A stretch of DNA of 64,000 nucleotides from Candidatus Limnocylindrales bacterium (GCA_035308445.1 DATGGQ010000030.1:52598-116597); one strand, 5' to 3'. Positions 26,978 through 36,522 are shown, numbered from the stretch's first letter. Numbers and translations are program-made. The notes: generated by a model not told the origin, from the letters alone.

Positions 26978-27991
26978 ATGGCCGACCTCATCGCCTCGCC
27001 CGAGCGGATCGCCGCGGCCCGAGAGCGCATGGCCGGCAAGGTCCACCGGACGCCGATGCTATCGTCGAGCACGGCCGCCGCGTTCGTCCGGGCCCAGACG
27101 GGGGTTCGCCTGGCCGACGATCGGGTCTACCTGAAGGCCGAGCACCTCCAGAAGACCGGCTCGTACAAGCCGCGGGGCATGGTCAACAAGGTCGCAACGC
27201 TCGGGCTGGACGAACGTCAGCGGGGCGTGATCACGATCTCCGCCGGCAACGCCGCCCAGGGCTATGCCTACGCCGGCCACGTCGAGGGCGTGCCGATCAC
27301 CGTCGTCATGCCGCTCGCCGCGAACCCGGCCAAGGTCGCCGCGTGTCGCGGCTATGGCGCCGAGGTCATCCTCATCGGCTCGACATTCGAGGAATCGTGG
27401 GCCCAGATGGAGCGGATCGGGGCCGAGCGCGGCCTCGTGTTCTGCCATCCGTTCGACGACCTCGACGTGATCGCGGGCCAGGCCTCGGTCGGGCTCGAGA
27501 TCCTCGAGGACCTCCCAGATGTCGACCTCGTCATCGTCGGGATCGGCGGCGGCGGGCTCGTCTCGGGGGTGTCGACGGCGATCCGCCGGGCACGGCCGTC
27601 GGCCCGGGTGGTCGGCGTCGAGCCCGAGCTGGCCAACGGGATGGTCCTGGCGCTGGCCGCGGGCCACCCGGTCAACATCGCGCCGCGGAGCGTGGCGGAC
27701 GGCCTCAACGGCCCATATGCCGGCGAGCGGAACATCGCCGCGGTCCAGGCGTTCGTGGAGCAGGTCGTCGTCATCGACGACGCCACGATCCTCGCCGGCA
27801 TGCGGTTCGCCCTGGAGCGGACGAAGCAGGTCGTCGAGCCCGCGGGAGCGGCCGGGCTGGGGGCGCTGCTGACCGGGCAGATTCCGATCCACGACGGTGA
27901 GCGGGTCTGCGTGATCCTCTCGGGTGGCAACCTCGACCTCACGAAGCTGGCCGACTACCTCGAGCGGGCGGCGCCCCTCACCGCACCATGA
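26978..27991 (+). CDS. PLP-dependent threonine/serine dehydratase (threonine ammonia-lyase family)
   Basis: PLP-lysine region (SYKPRG), glycine-rich loop GIGGGGL. 337 aa, catalytic domain only. Confidence 0.8.
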   Translation: MADLIASPERIAAARERMAGKVHRTPMLSSSTAAAFVRAQTGVRLADDRVYLKAEHLQKTGSYKPRGMVNKVATLGLDERQRGVITISAGNAAQGYAYAGHVEGVPITVVMPLAANPAKVAACRGYGAEVILIGSTFEESWAQMERIGAERGLVFCHPFDDLDVIAGQASVGLEILEDLPDVDLVIVGIGGGGLVSGVSTAIRRARPSARVVGVEPELANGMVLALAAGHPVNIAPRSVADGLNGPYAGERNIAAVQAFVEQVVVIDDATILAGMRFALERTKQVVEPAGAAGLGALLTGQIPIHDGERVCVILSGGNLDLTKLADYLERAAPLTAP

Positions 27992-29808
27992 CCGACGCCC
28001 TGGAGCCAGCCGAGCCCGCGAACCCGGCCGAGGCCGCGGCACCCGCGCCGGCCGCAGTCGCGGCACCCGCGCCGGCCGTTCCGAGTCCGGAGGTCGAGCC
28101 GCCGCTCCGGGCCTACGAGCTGCCGAGCGCCCGCCAGGTCGTCACGTTCGGGCTGTCGCTCGCGTACCGGGCGAGCTCCGAGCTCCGCCGGGCATCGATC
28201 TACATCGGCCTGCTCACGCTGGCCCTTCTCGGCCCGCCGATCGTGTTCCTCATCGAGCTCATCGCCCACTTCCAGGTCACCGACGCGAGCACGTTGGCGG
28301 GCATGTTCGCCTCGCGCGACCCCGCCACCGTGGGGCCGCTGCTCCTCTTCGTGGTCCTCCTCTACCTCGCGATCGTCGGCTGGCTTGCGGTCTCGGTCGA
28401 CGGCCAGCTGATCGCGGTGGCCCTCCTCGCGGCCCGCGAAGGTGACCGGTCGTTCACCCTCCGCGAGGCCACGGTGAGGGCGAGGCAGGTCTTCTGGCGA
28501 CTCGTCCGGGGCTCCATCCTCGTCGGCCTGGTCACGGGGATCCTCCAGCTCGTGCTGGGCGCCGCGTTCTCCGCGGCGTTCACGAGCGGCACGGGCACCA
28601 GCGTCGTGCTGTCCGTCCTCGGGGCGATCCTGGTCGCCCCGCTGGGCTTCCTCGCGACCGGGGTCGTCCTCGGCGACGTTGGGGCGGTGGAGGCACTGCG
28701 GCGCTCGATCCGGCTCGCCCGGACGCGGCCCCGGATCGCCCTCGTCGTCGCCCTCTTCACGCTCCTGAGTGCGGCGATCCAGCTGTTCGCGCTGTCCGCC
28801 GGCCTCGACCTCTTCGTCGGCGCCGCGAGCGTCGTCCACCTCGGCTTCAGTGGTGGGGCCGGACCGCTGGCCGTCGTGATCCTCGGCGGCCTGGCCTTCG
28901 TGATGGCGTTCGGCAGCCTGAGCTTCACCGTGGCCGCGCTCGTCGCCGCACCGCAGGTCGCCGCGTTCCTCGGCCTGACCTTCTACACGGGGGGCCTCGA
29001 TCGAGCCCGCGAGATCCCGGCCGGGGCGCCGAAGTTTCGATGGGTGACGCGGCCGATGATCGCGGTGATCGTCCTCGTGATGCTGGGCTCCGGCTACGGC
29101 GTCGCCTCGGTGCAGGGCGTTGCGCCGATCCCGCGAAGCTGGATCGTCGATGACCTCGCGACCGTGAGCGCCGGCCGGACGGTGTTCCAGTCGGGCGCGC
29201 CCGTGACGGTGACGGATCCGGCGGGCGACCAGACCTGGCCGGCGACGCCGCTCGACATCCTCGGGGCGACCTACGCCCTCGCCCCGACGGTGCCGGACTG
29301 GGTCCTGGGCGACGTCTTCGACTGCAACGCGGCGGGGGTCACCTGTGGAACCTCGAGCAACGGCGCCGCGGCCTTCGACGACGGGGCGCTGGTGTTCGTC
29401 ATCCGCCTCGCAGGTCCGGTACCCGCCCTCGCCGGCGACGACACGAGCGACGTCGGACCGGTCCTCGAGGGGAGCGGCCTCGCCCCGGCCCCCGACCTCT
29501 CGAACCTCCTCGCGCCGGCCAACGAGGCGTTCGTCACCGAGGCCTACCGCGGGCAGATCGTCGTCACCGACTACGCCTACCAGGACGGCAAGTGGGCGTA
29601 CTACCAGACCTCGTCCCGCTCGCGCTGGTTCGGGAACGACCTCATGACGATCATCCCGTTGAAGTACATCTCGCAGCCGACAGCCTGGGATGCGATCGCC
29701 TGGCTCACCAGGGCGACGGGCACGGGCTCGAGCCGCGACGAGCTCCGATCGGACAAGGGCCCGCTCCGCCCGTTCGAGACCCCACCGACCCTCTACCTGC
29801 AGCCGTAA
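27988..29808 (+). CDS. Hypothetical polytopic membrane protein with large C-terminal extracytoplasmic domain
   Basis: ATGA overlap with the dehydratase stop. ~8 TM helices in the first 400 aa, then a Cys-containing soluble domain (DCNAAGVTCGTSSNG...). Confidence 0.6.
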   Translation: MTDALEPAEPANPAEAAAPAPAAVAAPAPAVPSPEVEPPLRAYELPSARQVVTFGLSLAYRASSELRRASIYIGLLTLALLGPPIVFLIELIAHFQVTDASTLAGMFASRDPATVGPLLLFVVLLYLAIVGWLAVSVDGQLIAVALLAAREGDRSFTLREATVRARQVFWRLVRGSILVGLVTGILQLVLGAAFSAAFTSGTGTSVVLSVLGAILVAPLGFLATGVVLGDVGAVEALRRSIRLARTRPRIALVVALFTLLSAAIQLFALSAGLDLFVGAASVVHLGFSGGAGPLAVVILGGLAFVMAFGSLSFTVAALVAAPQVAAFLGLTFYTGGLDRAREIPAGAPKFRWVTRPMIAVIVLVMLGSGYGVASVQGVAPIPRSWIVDDLATVSAGRTVFQSGAPVTVTDPAGDQTWPATPLDILGATYALAPTVPDWVLGDVFDCNAAGVTCGTSSNGAAAFDDGALVFVIRLAGPVPALAGDDTSDVGPVLEGSGLAPAPDLSNLLAPANEAFVTEAYRGQIVVTDYAYQDGKWAYYQTSSRSRWFGNDLMTIIPLKYISQPTAWDAIAWLTRATGTGSSRDELRSDKGPLRPFETPPTLYLQP

Positions 29809-29832
29809 GGCGCGCGTCGGGGCGACGCGCCA
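29809..29832. terminator. Candidate hairpin terminator between convergent genes
   Basis: GGCGCGCGTCGG-GGCGACGCGCC inverted repeat between the 29808 (+) stop and the 29846 (-) stop. Confidence 0.35.
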
Positions 29833-29845
29833 CGGACGGGCGGTC

Positions 29846-30274
29846 CTAGCCGGCTCCGAGCTCGTCCAGCCGCTCGTCGTCGATCCCGAGGTGGTGCGCG
29901 AGCTCATGCACCACCGTCCGGCGGACCTCGGCCTCGAGCTCGTCTGGATCGGGGAAGTCCCATTCGAGCGGTGCCCGGAACAGCGTGATCCGGTTCGGGC
30001 TCAGCGCCCAGTCGGCGGCGTAGGCCGTGCGGGGCACGCCCTCATAGAGGCCGTACATCGAGTCGTCGAGGGTCAGGCCATTGTCGAGCAGCTGCTCGTC
30101 GGAGGGCTCCTCCTCGACGATGACGGCGACCTCGCCGAGAGCCGCCCGGAAGGGGTCCGGGATCGAGGCCAGGGCTCGATCGACCAGCGCGTCGAAGGCC
30201 GCTCCGCGTCGGGCTTCGCGGGCCGCCCGCGCCGGCCCACGGCGTCGGCCCGAGCCGCGCACGCGTTTCGTCAT
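29846..30274 (-). CDS. Zincin-like metallopeptidase family protein (DUF1025-type)
   Basis: HELAHHLG zinc-binding motif. 142 aa. Confidence 0.65.
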   Translation of the reverse strand: MTKRVRGSGRRRGPARAAREARRGAAFDALVDRALASIPDPFRAALGEVAVIVEEEPSDEQLLDNGLTLDDSMYGLYEGVPRTAYAADWALSPNRITLFRAPLEWDFPDPDELEAEVRRTVVHELAHHLGIDDERLDELGAG

Positions 30275-30330
30275 CGGCGGCAGGATGCCACGCCTGGAAC
30301 CCGCCGATCGCTGGTCGCTACGATCCGAGC

Positions 30331-31413
30331 GTGAAGGCCGTGTACACGCCGCGCCACAAGGCCCACGACGTGAGCTACGAGACCTACCTCGGCAGGGCGA
30401 TTCCGGCGAACGAGGTCGTCGCCCGGGCCGAGCTGATCCGCCAATCGCTGGTCGCCGACGGTGGATTCGAGCTCGTCGGGCCCACCGACCACGGCGTCGA
30501 GCCGATCCTGGCCGTGCACGACCCCGGCCTCGTCCGGTTCCTCGAGACGGTCTGGGCCGATGTCGAGGCCGAGAACTCCGGTACCGAGGCGCTGATCGCC
30601 GACACGTACCCGGTCAAGGCGATGTTCGAGGGCATGAGCCCGGAGCAGGTGGCGGCCCTGCCCGAGCCGACGGCGCCGGGCGGTCGCGCCGGCTGGTGGG
30701 GCCTCGACACCGCGAACCCGATCGTCGCGGGCACGAACGACGCGGCCCGTGGCGCCGTCGACGTCGCCCTCACGACGCTCGACCTGGTGCTGGAGGGCGA
30801 GCCGATCGCCTACGGGCTGTGCCGGCCGCCCGGGCATCACGCCGGCCGGTCGATGGCCGGCGGCTACTGCTTCTTCAACAACGCCGCGATCGCGGCGGAG
30901 GCGTACACCCGGGCGAGCGGTGAGCCGGTCGCCATCCTCGACGTCGACTTCCATCACGGCAACGGGACGCAGCAGATCTTCTGGCGCCGCGGCGACGTGT
31001 TCTATGCCTCGCTCCATGGCGATCCGCGGCGCATCTACCCGTTCTACCTCGGCCACGCCACCGAGACCGGTGAGGGGCCGGGCGCCGGGGCGAACCTGAA
31101 CCTGCCCCTGCCCGCAGGAACGGGCGACGAGTCCTACCTCGCGGCGATCGACCGGGCGCTCGCGGCGATCGACGCCCGGCCCGGCTCGCTGATCGTCGTC
31201 TCGCTCGGCTTCGACACCTACCGGGACGACCCGATCTGCGACTTCGCCCTGACCACGCCCGGCTACCACGAGATCGGTCGGCGCGTCGCGGCGCTCGGAC
31301 GCCGGCTGGTCGTCCTCCAGGAGGGCGGCTACTACGGCCCGGCGCTCGGGCCCAACGCGGTCTCGTGGCTGCGCGGCGCGGCGGGCCGGGAGCCCGCCGC
31401 GACCGCTTCTTAG
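30331..31413 (+). CDS. Histone deacetylase-family protein (acetoin utilisation AcuC / acetylpolyamine amidohydrolase-like)
   Basis: HDAC fold motifs [23 protein letters not shown]-like region. GTG start. Confidence 0.8.
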   Translation: MKAVYTPRHKAHDVSYETYLGRAIPANEVVARAELIRQSLVADGGFELVGPTDHGVEPILAVHDPGLVRFLETVWADVEAENSGTEALIADTYPVKAMFEGMSPEQVAALPEPTAPGGRAGWWGLDTANPIVAGTNDAARGAVDVALTTLDLVLEGEPIAYGLCRPPGHHAGRSMAGGYCFFNNAAIAAEAYTRASGEPVAILDVDFHHGNGTQQIFWRRGDVFYASLHGDPRRIYPFYLGHATETGEGPGAGANLNLPLPAGTGDESYLAAIDRALAAIDARPGSLIVVSLGFDTYRDDPICDFALTTPGYHEIGRRVAALGRRLVVLQEGGYYGPALGPNAVSWLRGAAGREPAATAS

Positions 31414-31448
31414 GTCGGAACGGGAACCGGGCGTACCATCCGCGGGTC

Positions 31449-32138
31449 ATGGCGGATCTGCCCAATCACGTCCGCAAGCTCGTGGCCGAGATCGAGACCG
31501 AGATCGGCGAGGCCGGCTCCAATGGCCACGTCGCCGAGGCGATCCAGGGCTCGGGCTCCCTCCACGAGCCGGGTGGCCCCGTCGAGGAGGCCGTGCGGGA
31601 GATCCTGGTCGAGGTCGGCGAGGACCCCGATCGGCCGGGCCTCCGCGGGACGCCGGACCGGGTCCATCGGATGTACGCCGAGCTGACGGCCGGCTACCAC
31701 GTCGATCCCGACCGGCTGGTGAACGACGCGATCTACGACGTCGGCTACTCCGAGATGGTCGTCGTCAAGGACATCCCGTTCTACTCGCTCTGCGAGCACC
31801 ACCTGCTGCCCTTCTTCGGGAACGCGTCGGTCGCCTACATCCCGAAGGGCCGGGTGATCGGGCTCTCGAAGATCCCGCGCGTCGTCGAGATGTACGCCCG
31901 CCGGCTGCAGGTCCAGGAGCGGATGACCCAGCAGATCGCGGAGTTCCTCGACGACCGCCTCGGGCCGCAGGGCGTCGGCGTGGTCATCGAGGCCACGCAT
32001 CTGTGCGCGGTCATGCGCGGCATCCGGAAGCCCGGCACGATCATGACGACGGCATCGGTCCTCGGCCTCTTCCGGACGCGCGACCGCACCCGAGCCGAGT
32101 TCTACAGCCACCTCGAGCGACGTCCGCCGAGCTCGTAG
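31449..32138 (+). CDS. folE: GTP cyclohydrolase I
   Basis: Conserved FolE core ([44 protein letters not shown]). 229 aa. Confidence 0.85.
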   Translation: MADLPNHVRKLVAEIETEIGEAGSNGHVAEAIQGSGSLHEPGGPVEEAVREILVEVGEDPDRPGLRGTPDRVHRMYAELTAGYHVDPDRLVNDAIYDVGYSEMVVVKDIPFYSLCEHHLLPFFGNASVAYIPKGRVIGLSKIPRVVEMYARRLQVQERMTQQIAEFLDDRLGPQGVGVVIEATHLCAVMRGIRKPGTIMTTASVLGLFRTRDRTRAEFYSHLERRPPSS

Positions 32139-32209
32139 CCCGCGGAGCGCCGGGGATCGCGGAGCGCCGGGATCGCGTCCGGTCGCGGACGCGGGAAACA
32201 GGGGGAGCT

Positions 32210-32671
32210 ATGAACGTTGCGACCGAGCAGCCGACCGTCAAGCAGCTCATCGCCACCATGGACGACGCCTGGGCGCCGTTCCACGACGCCGTCCGGGCCC
32301 TCCCGGCCCAGCTCCTCGAGCAGCGGCTCGGCGAGAACGGCTGGACGCGGAAGCAGATGCTGGCCCACGTCGCCGCCTGGCACGACATCACGGTCGAGCG
32401 CCTCAGCGGATTTCATGAGACCGGCGAGCCGGCCCCGTTCCTCGAGGACGAGGACGCTGTGAATGCCCGTGCTGCTCGAGGTGCCGAAGGCCGGACGACC
32501 GGCGAGGTCCTCCTGACCCTCGACGAGTCGTTCCGCCGCCTCCGCCGCGAGGTCGCCCGGCTCAGCAACGAGGACGCGGTCGCGTTCGACGCCTGGGCGG
32601 CCCGCATGATCGCGGGCAACTCGTTCGGCCACTACGGCGAGCACCTGTCCGACCTCATCGTCCGCCGTTAA
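32210..32671 (+). CDS. DinB_2/ClbS-like (DUF1706-type) protein
   Basis: GGGGGAG just upstream of the ATG. Motif MLAHVAAWHD. 153 aa. Paralog of 23917..24396. Confidence 0.6.
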   Translation: MNVATEQPTVKQLIATMDDAWAPFHDAVRALPAQLLEQRLGENGWTRKQMLAHVAAWHDITVERLSGFHETGEPAPFLEDEDAVNARAARGAEGRTTGEVLLTLDESFRRLRREVARLSNEDAVAFDAWAARMIAGNSFGHYGEHLSDLIVRR

Positions 32672-32683
32672 TACAGGCACGGC

Positions 32684-33030
32684 CGCCGGCGCGAGCACGT
32701 CCGGCGACGGGAGCACGGTCTGCCGACGGGAGCACGGTCTGCCGGCGCGAGCACGTCCGCCGGCGCGAGCACGTCCGCCGGCGCGAGCACGTCCGCCGCT
32801 CGGGCACGTCCGGCGACGGGAGCACGGTCTGCCGTTCGAGCACGTCCGCCGGCGCGAGCACGTCCGCCGGCGCGAGCACGTCCGCCGTTCGAGCACGTCC
32901 GCCGCTCGAGCACGTCCGCCGTTCGAGCACGTCCGCCGGCGCGAGCACGTCCGGCGACGGGAGCACGGTCTGCCGTCGCCGGCTCGGGCACGGTCGCCCG
33001 ACTCTGGGACGTCGCCGGCTCGGGCACGCG
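32684..33030. repeat. Spacer-less tandem repeat array, ~17 copies of a 17-19-bp unit (two unit types)
   Basis: Direct read of the sequence: unit A GAGCACGTCCGCCGGCGC and unit B GAGCACGGTCTGCCG(A/T)CGG are interleaved with no unique spacers. Unit length varies, so no reading frame is maintained. Confidence 0.85.
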
Positions 33031-33262
33031 CCATCGGATGGTGGCACCCGGGGCCGTCCGCCTCGGGCGGTCGCCGTCGACCGCTATCGGCGGTCATGAG
33101 ACGTGGGCACGCGTCATCGGACGGTGGCAGCCGGCGCCGCGGCCCTCGCTCGCCCAGGTTCGACTCGCATCCGCTGTCCGATGACGCGCTGGCGAGCCAA
33201 TACGCGGTTGTTGGTCGGTTACGAGACTCCTGCGGCCACGCGGTCAGCTCAGGAGTCCCTTG

Positions 33263-33565
33263 ATGTCGCGTTTGCCTGTCAGGGGGATCGAGCACGGGCG
33301 GAACGTGGTCGGCAGGCGGATCGAGCACGGGCGGAACGTGGTCGGCAGACGGATCGAGCGCGAGCGGAAGGTGGTCGGCAAGGCGAGGCGAGCGCTTGGC
33401 GAGGGTGTTCGTAAGCCGCACGTGAGCTCCAGCCAATCGGCATCGGTCATGCTCGGACCGTGCCGGTTCGGGACTCGATCGCCGCGCGCGGAGAGCGACG
33501 CAGTCGCCTCCTCAGGCTCCGTGCCGCAGAAGAGCTCGTCGCTGCCCGTCAGGCGGCAGGTCTGA
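33263..33565 (+). CDS. Candidate small ORF spanning the 33-bp iterons; may be non-coding
   Basis: AGGAG 7 nt upstream of ATG 33263. Translates the three iterons as 11-aa repeats GIEHGRNVVGRR. Overlaps the XRE gene start by ~105 bp in another frame. Codon usage after the repeats is poor. Confidence 0.25.
   Translation: MSRLPVRGIEHGRNVVGRRIEHGRNVVGRRIERERKVVGKARRALGEGVRKPHVSSSQSASVMLGPCRFGTRSPRAESDAVASSGSVPQKSSSLPVRRQV
33285..33383 (+). repeat. Three tandem 33-bp direct repeats (iteron-like) upstream of the XRE regulator gene
   Basis: GATCGAGCACGGGCGGAACGTGGTCGGCAGGCG x2 exact, then a diverged third copy GATCGAGCGCGAGCGGAAGGTGGTCGGCAAGGCG. Confidence 0.85.
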
Positions 33566-34107
33566 GCAGCCGCGAGGTCGCGCGCCGTGTCGGCGTGAGC
33601 CCGGACCGGATCCGCCGCGTCGAACGAGCGGAGGCCAGGTCGGCGACGATCGACCTCGTGGCGCGCGCAGCGATCGCGGTCGGGCTCGATCTCGCGCTGT
33701 CGCTCCACCCGAACGGAGATCCGGCTCGCGACCGCGGTCATCTGGCACTTCTCCGTCGCCTTCGCGCTCGAGTTGCAAGCGTGAGGTGGAGAACGGAGGT
33801 CCCGATCCCGATCGCAGGCGATCTGCGGAGCGCCGACGCCGTCGTGACGATCGCGGCGGGCGAGATCATGATCGAAGCCGAGACGCGCGTGAGCGACGTG
33901 CAGCTCGTGGAGCGGCGCTCGGCAGCCAAGGGCCGGGACCTCGGCGCGCTCCGCGTCGTCCTGCTGCTCGCCGACACCGCCCATCACTGGACGCTCCTTC
34001 GCCAGCACCCAGAGCTCCGGCAGCGCTACCCGATCGGGACCTGCGAGGTCCTGGCGGCGCTCCGGGCAGGACGCGACCCTGGTGGCGACGGCTTGGTCAT
34101 CCTCTGA
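33460..34107 (+). CDS. XRE-family helix-turn-helix transcriptional regulator with uncharacterised C-terminal domain
   Basis: HTH LSSREVARRVGVSPDRIRRVERAE. 215 aa. GTG start, with no alternative canonical start in frame. Confidence 0.6.
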   Translation: MPVRDSIAARGERRSRLLRLRAAEELVAARQAAGLSSREVARRVGVSPDRIRRVERAEARSATIDLVARAAIAVGLDLALSLHPNGDPARDRGHLALLRRLRARVASVRWRTEVPIPIAGDLRSADAVVTIAAGEIMIEAETRVSDVQLVERRSAAKGRDLGALRVVLLLADTAHHWTLLRQHPELRQRYPIGTCEVLAALRAGRDPGGDGLVIL

Positions 34108-34164
34108 CCGATACCTGCCACTGGCACGGATCGATGGGCTTCCCGGGGTGGCACAATCCCGCCG

Positions 34165-34569
34165 ATGCCAGATCGCCCGATCAAGGTCCTGATCGCGAAG
34201 CCCGGCCTCGACGGTCATGACCGTGGCGCGAAGGTCCTCGCCCGCGGCCTTCGCGACGAGGGCTTCGAGGTCGTCTACACCGGCCTCCGGCAGACGCCCG
34301 AGATGGTCGCCACGGCAGCGCTCCAGGAGGACGTCGACGTCGTTGGGCTGTCGATCCTGTCGGGCGCCCACATGACGCTCGTGCCGCGGGTGACGAAGCT
34401 GCTCAAGGAGCGCGGCATGGACGACGTGCTCGTGGTCGTGGGCGGGATCATCCCCGACGAGGACGTCCCGAGCCTCAAGGCGGCCGGGGTCGCCTCGACG
34501 TTCGGTCCGGGCACCACGATCGCCGAGGTCGCCGAGTTCCTCCGGGCGCACGCCCGCCAGCCCGCCTGA
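34165..34569 (+). CDS. icmB: Cobalamin (B12)-binding subunit of acyl-CoA mutase, likely isobutyryl-CoA mutase small subunit
   Basis: B12-binding Rossmann domain with DxHxxG motif ([11 protein letters not shown]). 134 aa, the size of IcmB/HcmB small subunits. Followed by meaB. Confidence 0.8.
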   Translation: MPDRPIKVLIAKPGLDGHDRGAKVLARGLRDEGFEVVYTGLRQTPEMVATAALQEDVDVVGLSILSGAHMTLVPRVTKLLKERGMDDVLVVVGGIIPDEDVPSLKAAGVASTFGPGTTIAEVAEFLRAHARQPA

Positions 34570-34570
34570 C

Positions 34571-35638
34571 GTGCCCGCGCGCGGCGAGTCCGCGCCGGAG
34601 GCGCGTGCCGGTCACCTGGCCGAGTCCGCGCTGGCGGGCGACCGTCTCGCCCTCGCGAGGCTCCTGACCGCCGTCGAGAACCGGACGCCGATCGCGGAGG
34701 CGGCCCTCCGCCAGCTCTACCCCAAGGGCGGCCGGGCCCACCTCGTCGGCATCACCGGGCCGCCGGGCTCGGGCAAGTCGACCCTCGTGTCGGCGCTGAT
34801 CGCCGAAGCCCGGGCACGTGGCCGGCCGGTGGCGGTCATCGCCGTCGATCCGTCGAGCCCGATCACCGGCGGGGCCCTGCTCGGCGACCGGGTCCGGATG
34901 CAGGCGTACTCGGCAGACCCCGACGTGTTCATCCGGTCGATGGCGGCCCGCGGCCACGCCGGCGGCCTGTCCGCGACGACGACGACGGCCGCGGCGGTTC
35001 TCGACGCGGCGGGGTTCGATCTGATCCTCATCGAGACCGTCGGGACCGGACAGTCGGAGGTCGAGGTTGCCGCGGCGGCCGACACGACCGTCGTGCTCGA
35101 GGCGCCCGAGATGGGCGACGAGGTTCAGGCGATCAAGGCCGGCCTCCTCGAGGTCGCCGACATCGTCGTCGTGAACAAGGGCGATCGACCCGGTGCGCAG
35201 CGGACCGCGTCGCAGCTCCGGGCGATGCTCGTGGCGAGCTCGCGGGTCACGGCGCCGAACGGCCACCACGGGCGAGCGCACAGCGTGTCGGCACACGCCG
35301 CCGATGCGGGAGCATCGGCGGCCCCGGCGACCGCGCCGGACGGCCACCGGCGGCCGAAGGAGCCGCTCGTCATGGTCACGACGGCGACGACCGGGGATGG
35401 CGTCGCCGAGCTCCTCGACGCGCTCGACACCCATCGCCGGCAGGTCGCCGCGGCGCCCGATGCCGCCGCGCGCCTGGCCCGGGCGTCGTCCGAGGTCTGG
35501 TCGCTCGTCGGGGATCGGGTCCGCCAGCGGCTCACGGACGGCAATCGCAGAGCCGCGACCGAGGCGTTGCTGCGGTCCGTCGCCGCCCACGAGCTCGACC
35601 CATATGCCGCCGCGGACCGGCTCCTGGCGGCGCGGTAG
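34571..35638 (+). CDS. meaB: Methylmalonyl-CoA-mutase-associated G-protein chaperone MeaB/ArgK
   Basis: Walker A GITGPPGSGKST, switch regions, NKGD motif (VVVNKGD). GTG start 2 nt after the icmB stop. Confidence 0.85.
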   Translation: MPARGESAPEARAGHLAESALAGDRLALARLLTAVENRTPIAEAALRQLYPKGGRAHLVGITGPPGSGKSTLVSALIAEARARGRPVAVIAVDPSSPITGGALLGDRVRMQAYSADPDVFIRSMAARGHAGGLSATTTTAAAVLDAAGFDLILIETVGTGQSEVEVAAAADTTVVLEAPEMGDEVQAIKAGLLEVADIVVVNKGDRPGAQRTASQLRAMLVASSRVTAPNGHHGRAHSVSAHAADAGASAAPATAPDGHRRPKEPLVMVTTATTGDGVAELLDALDTHRRQVAAAPDAAARLARASSEVWSLVGDRVRQRLTDGNRRAATEALLRSVAAHELDPYAAADRLLAAR

Positions 35639-35648
35639 GCTCGCGCCG

Positions 35649-36512
35649 ATGTCGTTCGAGTACGTCTTCGTCGCGGGCGCCGGGCTCATGGGCCACGGCA
35701 TCGGGCAGGTCCACGCCGCGATCGGGAAGCAGGTCGCGCTGTACGAGCCCGACCTCGGGCGAGCAGAGGCCGGGCGCGATCGGATCGCCGGCAACCTCGA
35801 CCGATCGGTCGCGAAGGGCCGGCTCTCTCAGGCGGACCGCGACGCCATCCTCGGGCGGATCCACGTCACGGACCAGCTCGACGAGGTTCGGAACGCCGAC
35901 CTCGTGATCGAGGCGGTCTTCGAGGATGTCGCCGTCAAGCAGGGGCTGTGGCGCCAGCTCGACGAGCGGGCTCCCGAGGACACCATCTTCGCAACAAACA
36001 CGAGCTCGATCTCGATCGACGAGCTGGCCGAGGCGTTGAGCCCGGCCCGCCGCGGGCAGTTCGTCGGGATGCATTTCTTCAGCCCGGTGCCGGTGATGCC
36101 TCTCGTCGAGATGATCCGCGGCGAGGCGACGACCGACGCCGCCGAGGGGCAGATCCGTGCTCTGGCCGACGAGCTCGGCAAGAAGCTGATCGTGTCGGCC
36201 GATCGGCCCGGGTTCATCGTCAACCGGATCCTCATGCCGATGCTCGCCGAGGCGATGCGGATCCTGGAGGAGGGGAGCGCGACGGCCGAGGACATCGACA
36301 CCGGCGCGAAGGTCGGGCTCAACCACCCGATGGGCCCGCTCGAGCTGGCCGACTTCATCGGGCTCGACGTCTGCCTGAACGTGATGAACGTGCTCCACGA
36401 GGGCATCGGGGAGGAGCACTACCCGGCGCCGAAGGTGCTCGTGGATCTCGTCGCCGCAGGGCATCTCGGCCAGAAGACCGGCCGGGGGTTCCACACCTAC
36501 CCGCGTGGCTGA
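35649..36512 (+). CDS. 3-hydroxybutyryl-CoA / 3-hydroxyacyl-CoA dehydrogenase (NAD-binding)
   Basis: N-terminal Rossmann VFVAGAGLMGHGIG. C-terminal 3HCDH dimerisation domain (GFIVNRILMPM..., HPMGPLELADFIGLD). Confidence 0.85.
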   Translation: MSFEYVFVAGAGLMGHGIGQVHAAIGKQVALYEPDLGRAEAGRDRIAGNLDRSVAKGRLSQADRDAILGRIHVTDQLDEVRNADLVIEAVFEDVAVKQGLWRQLDERAPEDTIFATNTSSISIDELAEALSPARRGQFVGMHFFSPVPVMPLVEMIRGEATTDAAEGQIRALADELGKKLIVSADRPGFIVNRILMPMLAEAMRILEEGSATAEDIDTGAKVGLNHPMGPLELADFIGLDVCLNVMNVLHEGIGEEHYPAPKVLVDLVAAGHLGQKTGRGFHTYPRG

Positions 36513-36522
36513 CGGTTTCCGC

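Noticed and set aside
32684-33030. CRISPR array
   Set aside because: The repeats are only 17-19 bp and directly abut each other with no unique spacers. No cas genes are nearby.
32102-33436. 444-aa minus-strand ORF (and 32655..33047, 32668..33027) crossing the repeat array
   Set aside because: The translations are low-complexity (RTCSRRRTCS... / RARAGGRARAGG...) and generated by the tandem repeats. Unit-length variation breaks any consistent frame.
34108-34164. Cobalamin riboswitch upstream of the B12-binding subunit and meaB
   Set aside because: The gap is only 57 nt and contains no B12-box-like consensus.
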